A DNA stretch of 64,000 nucleotides from an uncultured cyanobacterium (lineage in GTDB: Bacteria > Cyanobacteriota > Cyanobacteriia > Cyanobacteriales > Nostocaceae): NCBI GenBank assembly GCA_963740315.1, contig CAVUDP010000002.1, positions 96,001 to 160,000 of the forward strand, written 5' to 3'. A program made the translations under genes and the position numbers. Numbering within the stretch: the first letter of the stretch is position 1; each line of letters begins with the position of its first letter. Shown here piece by piece: positions 1-9,200 of this stretch. The notes under the pieces are model-generated. The model saw only the letters and a program-made list of their open reading frames with translations, did no database searches and had not been told where the DNA came from.

Positions 1-310
1 TTCATACTTACCACCTTTAAATGACGCTCAAATCAGTCGTCAAATTCAATATATTTTAGACCAAGGTTATTTTCCTGCGATTGAATTTAACGAAATTTCC
101 GAACCAACAGAAATGTATTGGACAATGTGGAAGTTACCTTTGTTCAATGCTAGAAGCCCACAAGAAGTATTAGCAGAAGTTCAAGGTTGTCGTTCTCAGT
201 TTCCCACCTGCTTCATTCGTGTAGTTGGTTTCGACAACGTTAAGCAATGTCAAATTCTTAGCTTCATCGTACACAAGCCCAACCAAACTGGTGGCGGTTA
301 CAGATACTAA
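1..310 (+). CDS. rbcS: Rubisco small subunit (5' end outside window)
   Basis: Frame from nt 2 reads [29 protein letters not shown]...[10 protein letters not shown]...[23 protein letters not shown]; classic form IB RbcS motifs. Confidence 0.97.
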   Translation, partial: SYLPPLNDAQISRQIQYILDQGYFPAIEFNEISEPTEMYWTMWKLPLFNARSPQEVLAEVQGCRSQFPTCFIRVVGFDNVKQCQILSFIVHKPNQTGGGYRY

Positions 311-363
311 GATTTGAATTTTAAAAGGTAGATATTTTCTTCTTTTAAGATACTTTCAATCTT

Positions 364-396
364 TTCCCTTCCTGCTCAATGTAGGGAGGGAATTTT
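364..396 (+). terminator. probable intrinsic terminator of the rbc operon
   Basis: TTCCCTTCCTGC-tcaat-GTAGGGAGGGAA hairpin followed by T-rich tract, ~55 nt after rbcS stop. Confidence 0.6.
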
Positions 397-429
397 GGTT
401 TTTATGGTCTATTTTTGGACGGAGATGAA

Positions 430-1245
430 TTTGCGCGGGTGTGTTACGGCACGAAAAAATATTGATTAAACACTACTATTTAGATAACTAGAGTAACGCA
501 CCATTAATTTTTGGTTGAAATGATGCGTTTTATATTAAATCCGTAGTAAGGTTCGTAGTAAGAGCTTTAGCTCTTTGCTATTGTTGAATGAAAATTAGCT
601 AGCTAGTAGGTTGGGTTAGATACAATTACCAGCTTGATTTATAACCGAAATATATTAATAAGTAGAGTAACCCAACATCTATATTGTGAAAAAAGTATTA
701 TTTTGAAATGTAGGGTGTGTTGTCGTGGAGCGCAACGCACCAATAATATTTATTATAAATTGCTAGACTTTGTTCTCATCCACCTGGGAATGCAATTAAG
801 AGTCTAATAGCAGAAGTCCATTTTAATGGACTAAGGGAATTATGTGTAATATTGTTTATTTTCTTACACTAATTTAATTATATATTAATGTAATAAGTTG
901 TAGGTTGGGTTAGACACGAAAATTCAATTTGATTTATAACGAGAAATTATATAAATCAATTAGAGTAACCCAACATCATGGCTGCGGACAAACGAAAATT
1001 ATCTTAAACAAAAATACAAGATATTTTTTAAGACTTGCAATCAGATGTTGGGTTACGGCACAAGATGAATTTTGGTATTAAAAATCAATATTATGAGTGT
1101 GCCGTGAAGCCAACCTACGAACTAACATTGCGATCGCCAACATTCAAAAATACCGCCGATAAGAAGTTGGGTTACGACACAACATGAATTCTGGTGTTGA
1201 AAATCAATGTTATAAGTGTGCCGTGAAGCCAACCTACGAACTAAG
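430..1245. repeat. cluster of REP/MITE-like dispersed palindromic repeats, including a ~80 bp direct duplication
   Basis: GTAGGTTGGGTTAG...TAACCCAACA and GGGTGTGTT...ACGCACC units; GTTGGGTTACG.CACAA...GTGTGCCGTGAAGCCAACCTACGAACTAA at ~1047 and ~1166. Confidence 0.7.
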
Positions 1246-1280
1246 AAGTTAGAAGTGTTAAAAAATACTTTAAAACCCTC

Positions 1281-4079
1281 TTAGATAAAACTAAATCCCC
1301 GATCGAAGTTAGCAATGTTTTGAGTTACCACTGCAATCAAATCGTCAACTTGGGGAGTTAAATCGTTAAAGTCATCTTTATCCAGATACAAACCAATTCC
1401 TTTAGGTAAGTCAGCATCCTCAATCGTTGCTAGCTTGTAGTCAGATTTGTCACCGTGAAGCACAATTGTATCTTGGCTGGCTCGGAAATCTGTAATTAAA
1501 GCATAGTCAAAGTTTCCTTTACCGTGGTAGAAGACATTGTTTTCGTCTCCTAAATAGAAAGTATCTTTTCCGAAGCCGCCAGTTAAACGATCGATTTCAC
1601 CAAAACCTAAATTATTGCCAACACCAGTCAGCCCATCGCTACCAAAGCCACCATTAAGGGTATCGTTGCCATTGCCGCCAAATTGGATATCTTTACCAAA
1701 GCCACCGTTGAGGAGATCGTTACCATCGCCGCCAAGTTGGGTATCTTTACCAAAGCCACCATTAAGGGTATCATCGCCATCCCCACCAAGTTGGGTATCA
1801 TTGCCAAACTTACCTTTTATTTTGTCGTTACCCCCCAAACCCTCGATAAAATCATTTCTAAAGCTACCCTTTAAAGTGTCATTGCTTGAGCTTCCAATGA
1901 TTTCGCGGTTAAAAATCGATCTTGATACAGCCAAATTATCTTCAATGTTCTCGTTGCTGGCGTTGCTGAGTTTAAGTAAAACGGTTTCATTATGCTTTAA
2001 TACCGATTTATTCAGCAAATCTACGGAGACAGTTTTAGTTGTCTCCCCAGGATTAAAGGTTAGAGTACCGCTAGTTTTGATGTAGTCTTCTCCAGATGTA
2101 GCCGTGCCATCAATCGTTTGAAAGTCCACTGTAACAGCAGCGCTGCTCACATCCGACAAGCTGACAACAAACTCTAGGGGCGATCCTTTTTGACCGCTCA
2201 GAGAATCAACAGTAAGACCGGGAACTATAAAAGCGTTCTCCGAAAAAACATAATTTCCGTCGGTATTATCCTCAAGAATATCGGAGAGTTTAGTGGTTTC
2301 AAAATCTGGATCGAGAATGTTTAACTCATCTAAATGATTGAGATAGAAAAAGCGATCGCCATCTCGCAACCGCGTAAACTGATCTGTAAGCACCTTGTTA
2401 AAAAGTTCGCCAACCAAACCGCCATTTACCCGATCTTCGGATATTCCACCAATCCAAAAATCTACATCTTCTACAGAGTCATAAATCGATGCAAATCTAG
2501 CTGCAACTTCTGGATCGGAAGTAATCCCACGCTGGCGATCGGTAGTTAAAAACGCGGTAACGGGTTGCAATCCCAAACCTCGACGAGCTTTGTTGTAGCT
2601 GGGAAGTCCGACATCCCTTCCTCTCTGAATATTCACCGCAGCCAAATCGAAGCCGCCAGTACCAGCAGGGAAAAGGAAGTTTCTCACGCCATCAACTACC
2701 AAATTGTCAACCGCTTGGGCTTCCTGGGCAGTTAAACCCACTAGCACAGAATCAGCACCGTCATTGACAACCGTTTGCGGCGTGAAGAAAGCATCACCCA
2801 GAGCGATACTTCCGTCAGAACTACCATCAGGATTAACGCGCTGAAGTTCTGGAGAAAGCTGGCTGTGACCGAGACGGAAGCTAACATTCGCGAATTCGTT
2901 ACTGATTCTAGGGTCAACTTTTGGGTTGTAGCCAGAATAATCGTCTACAAGATTTTTACCGATTAGCAGTGGTAGGTATTCACTGTAAGTAATTTGCTGA
3001 ATTTGAGCGCCAACTACCTTGCGGGCTGATTCGTAAATAAACTCACTTTCTTCAAGTCCTGATTTTTTGAACAGTTTTAAAGTTGCTCCGTCCCCGGCTT
3101 CGATTCTCCGAGCAATATCCTCGGCTATAGAATTATGTTCGCGGACAAACAGTGTATGCGCGGCGGTTAATCCGATTTGTTCGTTAGCGCGGACATCGCC
3201 AGCGATAAAGAAATCCTCTCTGTCATCCCCACCAGCGTTTTGCAAACCAGCGGTATTATAAGGTAGCAACTCTTCGCCGTTAATATTCTGACTTTTTAGC
3301 TTACCGTTGTCCGCACGTAAAAATTCGGCTCGTTCATCTTCGGAACCATATACCTGCGAACCATCAATAAAAGAAGTAATCTCATTGATGTACTGGCGCG
3401 GGTTTCCTGGTGTTCCAGTTCCAGGGGCTGGGGTAACTCTGGTTAAAGGGATGAATGGCGTTCCGACGGCTTGCCTCTGTGTATCCGAACCGATTTGAGC
3501 AATGCCAATTTGATCGGATTGCGTTGAGGCAAGTCCATCAAGGGTTATGAGTTCCGCACCAACAGTATTGCCGAGAAAGGGAAGATTAACCTGCAAGTCA
3601 GATTCCCCACCAGAAATGTCTAACGGGGGAAGGATGACCTCCGAGCCAGAGTTTATGTTTGATTCCACCCTTGAAGAATCGTTCGAGCCAGCTTCGGAAT
3701 CACCTATCCGAGGAAGTCTGGAAGCCAAAGGATCGTTAGGATCGATGGGAATGAAGAACCGCTCTTGATTACCCTCATTCAGATCCAAATCGTGGTCTAA
3801 AAACTGCCCCCACTGCCAAATCCAGTCGCTGGCGTTGAGAGAATTGGGAACTGATTTAAACTGTGCAGAAACCGCATTGCTGATTTTTCGAGGGTTAGGC
3901 AGACGTGAAGGACCAATAAATGGATTCCCAGGCTGATTTTCCGTAATCCCCCTCGGTAGGCTATAGCCATCTTCAAAACCGGGCTTGAGAAGTCGAATCA
4001 ATCGCGATTCAGTTTTACCTAAATCTTGCGGGTGATTGTTAGAACCGTCGATCGTGCGAAATTTAACCATATGCTTCAA
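1281..4079 (-). CDS. animal-type heme peroxidase (peroxidase-cyclooxygenase superfamily) with Calx-beta domain and RTX Ca-binding repeats
   Basis: WGQFLDHDL, GDVRANEQ, FRLGHSQL, NIQRGRDVGL motifs; Calx-beta TIDGTATSGEDY..SGTLTFNPGET; GGxGxD nonapeptides near C terminus. Confidence 0.92.
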   Translation of the reverse strand: MKHMVKFRTIDGSNNHPQDLGKTESRLIRLLKPGFEDGYSLPRGITENQPGNPFIGPSRLPNPRKISNAVSAQFKSVPNSLNASDWIWQWGQFLDHDLDLNEGNQERFFIPIDPNDPLASRLPRIGDSEAGSNDSSRVESNINSGSEVILPPLDISGGESDLQVNLPFLGNTVGAELITLDGLASTQSDQIGIAQIGSDTQRQAVGTPFIPLTRVTPAPGTGTPGNPRQYINEITSFIDGSQVYGSEDERAEFLRADNGKLKSQNINGEELLPYNTAGLQNAGGDDREDFFIAGDVRANEQIGLTAAHTLFVREHNSIAEDIARRIEAGDGATLKLFKKSGLEESEFIYESARKVVGAQIQQITYSEYLPLLIGKNLVDDYSGYNPKVDPRISNEFANVSFRLGHSQLSPELQRVNPDGSSDGSIALGDAFFTPQTVVNDGADSVLVGLTAQEAQAVDNLVVDGVRNFLFPAGTGGFDLAAVNIQRGRDVGLPSYNKARRGLGLQPVTAFLTTDRQRGITSDPEVAARFASIYDSVEDVDFWIGGISEDRVNGGLVGELFNKVLTDQFTRLRDGDRFFYLNHLDELNILDPDFETTKLSDILEDNTDGNYVFSENAFIVPGLTVDSLSGQKGSPLEFVVSLSDVSSAAVTVDFQTIDGTATSGEDYIKTSGTLTFNPGETTKTVSVDLLNKSVLKHNETVLLKLSNASNENIEDNLAVSRSIFNREIIGSSSNDTLKGSFRNDFIEGLGGNDKIKGKFGNDTQLGGDGDDTLNGGFGKDTQLGGDGNDLLNGGFGKDIQFGGNGNDTLNGGFGSDGLTGVGNNLGFGEIDRLTGGFGKDTFYLGDENNVFYHGKGNFDYALITDFRASQDTIVLHGDKSDYKLATIEDADLPKGIGLYLDKDDFNDLTPQVDDLIAVVTQNIANFDRGFSFI

Positions 4080-4438
4080 CCTTTTTTTTACTAGCTTATA
4101 TACAAAGGTTTGTTTGCTATCTGCAAAATCTCAGAATTTACAGTTGCTTTATATTTTTATTCACTACTTCATCTTTGCTTTTATGACAGTAGTCAACCTT
4201 TGTATTATTTCTTTACACAATTGTTGCAATTCGATTAACGCTAGCAAAAATACAAATAAAATAAAAGTTTTGTAAAATACAAACGTTACTTAAAATGCAA
4301 TCGGCCAATTATATTTTTTTATACCAGTAACAGCCGTAATTAAAGTTATAGATTTGCTTTTTCTTGGCGATCGACTTGCTAGGAATCGATATAATTTTTA
4401 TGCCCTTCCAATACTATTTAAATTGCACTTGAAATCGA

Positions 4439-5233
4439 ATGAGTGAAGCAAACACTATTTCCAGCACACAATTACCTTGCACTCGCAAGTCTTTAACACA
4501 AGATTTAATTAACGCAGGTTTAACACCAGGAATAACCGTAATTGTACATTCTTCACTTAGTTCTCTGGGGTGGGTTTGTGGTGGTGCGGTTACGGTAGTG
4601 CAGGCTTTGATGGATGCGATCGCACCGTCGGGAACCTTGGTAATGCCTACCCATAGTAGCGATTATTCCGATCCACAGCCGTGGCAAAATCCACCCGTAC
4701 CTTCACAATGGTGGGACATTATTCGCGATACAATGCCAGCTTACGATCCGAAAATTACTCCTACAAGAAACATGGGGAAAATTGTCGAAGTTTTCCGAAC
4801 TTGCGATCGCGTTTTACGAAGTTGTCACCCTAATTTTTCTTTTGCAGCTTGGGGAAATGATGCTGAAACTATTATTAAAAATCATTCACTTGATTATTCT
4901 TTAGGGGAAGAATCACCTCTAGCTCGGCTTTACGAATTGAACGGTTACGTACTTTTATTAGGAGTTGGTTACGATAGTTGTACAGCGTTTCATTTAGCGG
5001 AATATCGAGTGGGTGATTTAAAAACGGCTAACTATGGAGCGCCAATATTTGAACAAGGGAAGCGAGTTTGGAAAAATTATACAGATATTTATTTTGAAAC
5101 TGATTGTTTTATAGAGATGGGTGAGGATTTTGAGAAAGCTTGTTCTGTAAAAGTTTCACAAGTTGGCTCCGCACAAACTAAGTTATTTTCTGTTAGAGAT
5201 GCCGTTGATTTTGCCGTGAATTGGTTGAAATAA
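4439..5233 (+). CDS. AAC(3)/YokD-family N-acetyltransferase
   Basis: VIVHSSLSSLGWVCGG, GTLVMPTHS, HPNFSFAAWG, LLGVGYDSCTAFHLAE. Confidence 0.9.
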   Translation: MSEANTISSTQLPCTRKSLTQDLINAGLTPGITVIVHSSLSSLGWVCGGAVTVVQALMDAIAPSGTLVMPTHSSDYSDPQPWQNPPVPSQWWDIIRDTMPAYDPKITPTRNMGKIVEVFRTCDRVLRSCHPNFSFAAWGNDAETIIKNHSLDYSLGEESPLARLYELNGYVLLLGVGYDSCTAFHLAEYRVGDLKTANYGAPIFEQGKRVWKNYTDIYFETDCFIEMGEDFEKACSVKVSQVGSAQTKLFSVRDAVDFAVNWLK

Positions 5234-5289
5234 TATTAAACTAATTAAACGCTGTATGTGCGAAGGTTAAAAACAAAGATGTAAAGTTA

Positions 5290-5631
5290 TTAACTTTCTG
5301 ACAAACCAAACAAATCTTGATAAGCTTTATAATTTTCAAAACCTCTTACGTACAACTCTACAACATCAGTATGTAGTTCAAATTCATTATCTAACGTGTT
5401 TGTCACGTCAATAATTCCTTCTACAACCCAGGTTACTGTTTCTCCGCGTTCGTTTGCGTAGGACGTATTTACGGTATTGTTTACATGATTAACAGCTTTT
5501 TGTCTAGCTTCTGAAGGGGAAGTTGCTTTAATTAAAGTGAAGCATTCCTGATAATAAAGGTTGGTATCAAGACTTCCTACTGAACTTTTAGAGACAAAAA
5601 CTGCAATATAAGCACGACTATCATTTGGCAT
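5290..5631 (-). CDS. DUF4288-like protein
   Basis: YQECFTLIKATSPSEARQKA...YANERGETVTW pattern. Confidence 0.6.
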   Translation of the reverse strand: MPNDSRAYIAVFVSKSSVGSLDTNLYYQECFTLIKATSPSEARQKAVNHVNNTVNTSYANERGETVTWVVEGIIDVTNTLDNEFELHTDVVELYVRGFENYKAYQDLFGLSES

Positions 5632-5734
5632 CCGACAATTTCCTTAGTTACTTCCTAAACAAAGCCGTCATTTAATAGTTTATAAGCCGTTTTTGCATCT
5701 CTATCTATGTTAAAATCTAAAATCTAAAATCTAA

Positions 5735-6349
5735 ATGACTTCACAAGCATTAAAAGAAATCAGAATCTGCTTTGTTGGCGAATCATTTGTAAACGGTACT
5801 GGCGATCGTGAATGCTTGGGTTGGGCTGGTAGAATATGTCAAGATGCCTTTGTGAAAGGTTTTGATATTACTTACTATAATTTAGGAGTTAGAAGGGAAA
5901 CTAGTACTGAGTTAAGAAAGCGGTGGAGAAGGGAAGTTTCTTATCGTTTACCTCAAGAATGCGACGGTAGGATTGTATTTTCTTTTGGTACTAATGACAC
6001 GACTATAGAAAATGGTAAAACTCGCGTTTCTCGACAAGATTCTATTACCAATCTACGGGATATTTTAAGTATAGCTAAAGATTTATACCCGGTTTTAGTA
6101 GTTAGCGCACCACCAATAGAAGATAAAGAGCAGAATCAAAGAATTTCTGAGTTATCAAAAGAGTTTTCTAAAGTTTGTAATCAATTAAACGTTCCTTATT
6201 TAGATATTTTCTCCGAATTGATAAAATCAAATATCTGGATGGATGAAGTAAAAAACTATGATGGCGCTCATCCAAGAGCAGCAGGATATCAAGTATTTGC
6301 CCAAATCGTGCAAAATTGGCAAGGTTGGTTAAATTTGTTAAAAATGTAG
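5735..6349 (+). CDS. SGNH/GDSL hydrolase
   Basis: CFVGESFVNG block I, NLGVR, SFGTND, DGAHP. Confidence 0.9.
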   Translation: MTSQALKEIRICFVGESFVNGTGDRECLGWAGRICQDAFVKGFDITYYNLGVRRETSTELRKRWRREVSYRLPQECDGRIVFSFGTNDTTIENGKTRVSRQDSITNLRDILSIAKDLYPVLVVSAPPIEDKEQNQRISELSKEFSKVCNQLNVPYLDIFSELIKSNIWMDEVKNYDGAHPRAAGYQVFAQIVQNWQGWLNLLKM

Positions 6350-6707
6350 AGACGTAGCACAGAATAGTCTCCGGGTGTTTAAATCTGTATCGATAATGCC
6401 GCGTGAAATAAGATTACCGAAGCGCAACTGATAATAAATTTGTTTTCCCGCTAGATTTGAAGACTATTCTGTACTACGTCTCCGGGTGTTTAAATCTGTA
6501 TCGATAATGCCGCGTGAAATAAGATTACCGAAGCGCAACTGATAATAAATTTGTTTTCCCGCTAGATTCGTAGACGTAGCAGTGCTACGTCTCCGGGTGT
6601 TTAAATCTGTATCGATAATGCCGCGTGAAATAAGATTACCGAAGCGCAACTGATAATAAATTTGTTTTCCCGCTAGATTCGTAGACGTAGCAGTGCTACG
6701 TCTCTAC
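6347..6707. repeat. 111-bp tandem repeat x3 interleaved with GTAG-type REP hairpins
   Basis: GTCTCCGGGTGTTTAAATCTGTATCGATAATGCCGCG...CCCGCTAGATT at 6367, 6478, 6589; GTAGACGTAGCAGTGCTACGTCT hairpins between units. Confidence 0.9.
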
Positions 6708-6721
6708 AAAAATAATTTTTA

Positions 6722-7597
6722 TTAATCCAACTGTTGATAAGCTTCTTTGATTACTTTACGTGCAACAGTTTGAATTCCGGTATGCTCAAAATAATTGCTA
6801 CTTACATCTAAAAATGCTGCGACATAATCTAACTTGTCATCGGCTATGTCTACAAAATTACTCAGATGACTGGCTATTGATTCGCGAGTTAAACCAGCAG
6901 AATCGGTTAATTTTGCCATCCACTCATCAGCTGCTTTGAAACTGTCATTAATAAAACCTGTTTTATCCGTACTAGGAATGAATTTACTAATTGCCGCAAA
7001 AGCCGGATTGGTTTCCAAATTTTCTCTTTTAGTAATATCGTTTTCAACTCTAGGAACAAAATCTGCACCTAGAGGAAGTACACCATCAATGCAAACTAAA
7101 GCTACCATTCGCATTAAGGCTTCATTTTGATAATTTTCTTTTAAAGTAGCAGCAAATTTTTGTGGAGAAAGGGTAAGCCCGTTAATTTTGCTGTAAGCGA
7201 TTAATTCCGCTACCAATTTCATTTTTAAATCAATGCTTTGCAAAGTATCGGCTTTAGGAGTTAATTCTTTTAAAAAAGGTATAAAACTAAAAGCATCCCC
7301 GACTTTATCAGCTAAAGCAGCGGCACCAATTGCTTTATCTGTTGCATCGAGAGTTTGATAAAGCCAAATAGCTGTTTGATATCCGTTATTTTTATCGTCG
7401 TATAATTCAACGGCTTTTTTACGAATTTTTTTAACTTTTTTAGATTTAGTTTCTCCTGTAATATTACTTATTGCATCGTCGAAATCAACGAAATTTTCCC
7501 ACTCGCCAGGTACAATATAATCAAGTGCCTTTAATACTTTGACAGTAATATTATCAGTAGGTAGATTATTAACTAAGTCAACGATTGATTTACCCAT
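6722..7597 (-). CDS. conserved hypothetical cyanobacterial protein
   Basis: 291-aa ORF with normal composition; no motif recognised. Confidence 0.75.
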   Translation of the reverse strand: MGKSIVDLVNNLPTDNITVKVLKALDYIVPGEWENFVDFDDAISNITGETKSKKVKKIRKKAVELYDDKNNGYQTAIWLYQTLDATDKAIGAAALADKVGDAFSFIPFLKELTPKADTLQSIDLKMKLVAELIAYSKINGLTLSPQKFAATLKENYQNEALMRMVALVCIDGVLPLGADFVPRVENDITKRENLETNPAFAAISKFIPSTDKTGFINDSFKAADEWMAKLTDSAGLTRESIASHLSNFVDIADDKLDYVAAFLDVSSNYFEHTGIQTVARKVIKEAYQQLD

Positions 7598-7781
7598 AAG
7601 ACTTTACCCCGATCTAATAAAGTTTTTCTATCTTTGATGCTGCATTAATGCCAATGATAGCGATTAATTTTTATTTTGCGACAAATTTTAGATGTTTTTA
7701 ATATAAAAGCTGCTGTCTTTCGCTTTATTCGACCATTTTTAGCACCTAACACGCTCTATAATTATTGTTTCTAATACAAAC

Positions 7782-8005
7782 TATAGCAATCCGAATTTAA
7801 ATGTGAGAAAACACGTAGATGTAGGATTGAAATAACGAGTAAATTTTTATTCATACCTGGCGACTATAAGTCGCGGCTACACAGGCAAAACCCGCCTGCG
7901 CGGGTTGTTTGATTAAGTCCACGCAGGTGGACTTCGTTTGTGTAGTAGCGGTTTTAACCGCCAGTTGATTTATCAATTTCTCACAAATCATTTAGGATTG
8001 CTATA
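7782..8005. mobile_element. MITE with terminal inverted repeats
   Basis: TATAGCAATCC...TGTGAGAAA at left end and TTTCTCACA...GGATTGCTATA at right end; TA ends; internal REP-like hairpins (e.g. AGTCCACGCAGGTGGACTT); no ORF. Confidence 0.7.
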
Positions 8006-8396
8006 TTACGAAGATTGTGATTTTCCAGCTTGTTTAACCGTTTCGATGTCTAAATTCAAAGCTTGAGCAATTTGTTCGATGCTCAAACCAATTGAGAAAA
8101 GCTGAGGTACAGCTTCTAACTTGCCTTATTGTTTTCCTTGAGCATAAAATTTTGGATCTGGTTGAAATTGAACTATGCCTCATTCTTCGGCACGCTTCGC
8201 TAACAGCCCATTTAATTGGTAATTCCGGCGCATCTGTCTGTGGGAGGAAAACACCATCAATTCTAAAAGCAAGTTGTTTAACTTCTACCGATGAAAATTG
8301 ATAAGATAAAGCTAATTGGGGTGGTTGGTTGATTAGTTCAAAGAAAATACTGGGGAAACTTTGAAAAAGGCGATAAAATATGCCGTCTGTTTTCAC
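8005..8396 (-). pseudogene. Rpn/DUF2887-family protein, internally deleted and frameshifted
   Basis: MKTDGIFYRLFQSFPSIFFELI...SVEVKQLAFRIDGVFLP N terminus; C-terminal KLEAVPQLFSIGLSIEQIAQALNL lies in another frame; central part missing. Confidence 0.75.
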
Positions 8397-8514
8397 TTTT
8401 AAGATTTTTTTGTTAACAAAGAATTATTTTATAATTAATCGGTTGTTAGGAGAAATTTTAGTTGATTAAGACACGTTGTTAAAATATTCGCAGTAGTTCA
8501 ATAATTAAATCCCT

Positions 8515-8706
8515 ATGAACTCACGAACAGAAATAGAAGCAGCAATTACGCAATTATCGCAGACGGAAGCCGATCGATTATTAGATGATGCTTGGGATGA
8601 GAAAATGAAAGCTGATGCCCCTTCAGGTCGTTTGGATAAATTGATACAGCGTGCTGAGGCAGATATTAAAGCAAATCGAGTTAAATTTTTAGAAGATAGT
8701 TTGTAA
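8515..8706 (+). CDS. small putative antitoxin-like protein (possibly internally shortened; no adjacent toxin seen)
   Basis: EIEAAITQL...WDEKMKADAPSGRLDKLIQRAEADI resembles a widespread cyanobacterial small-protein family. Confidence 0.45.
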   Translation: MNSRTEIEAAITQLSQTEADRLLDDAWDEKMKADAPSGRLDKLIQRAEADIKANRVKFLEDSL

Positions 8707-8816
8707 TTAATTTACTTGTATCTCTTTATCTTCATTCTCTGCGTACTCTGCGTCTCTGCGGTTTTTTTATTTAGCTTTAAAACAATAAGACTTACAATAT
8801 TTTCACAGCTTGCACT

Positions 8817-9030
8817 TGGTGCGTGACGCTATAAGTCTTACAACTACGTACAAGATTTATAAAAGCGTCACACACCCGAAAAATGCGTACTCGGATCGTT
8901 CTTAATAAGCCTCTAGAAACCCGGTTTCTGTTGATAGAAACATAATTAATTCGTTGTGAGATGAGCAATAATGGTGCGTGAGGCTATAATTACAACTACG
9001 TACAAGATTTATAAAAGCGTCACACACCCA
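8817..9030. repeat. ~60 bp direct repeat pair of a REP-like hairpin
   Basis: TGGTGCGTGA.GCTATAA...TACAACTACGTACAAGATTTATAAAAGCGTCACACACC at ~8817 and ~8972; related copy ~42765-42820. Confidence 0.75.
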
Positions 9031-9200
9031 TGCATTCTATTAGTTTTAAATTAGTTCTCAGCCAGGATTACTCTTCAGTAATTAGATAAAAATATTAGGG
9101 TTATAAGTAGAAAGGGGATTTAGCTTACAAAAATACATGATAAATAGTAGCCATAAAAAATTAACATGGTTCTAATACGTTAGATTTCTCCTTTTATTAC

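Noticed and set aside
1615..2085. Pro-rich 156-aa protein
   Set aside because: Antisense translation of the RTX GGxGxD repeats
4439..5233. Acquired aminoglycoside resistance gene
   Set aside because: YokD-like chromosomal family with host-like composition and no mobile context; substrate unknown
6347..6707. CRISPR array, or real CDS 6464-6649
   Set aside because: Intervening sequences are identical; the ORF only translates the 111-bp repeat
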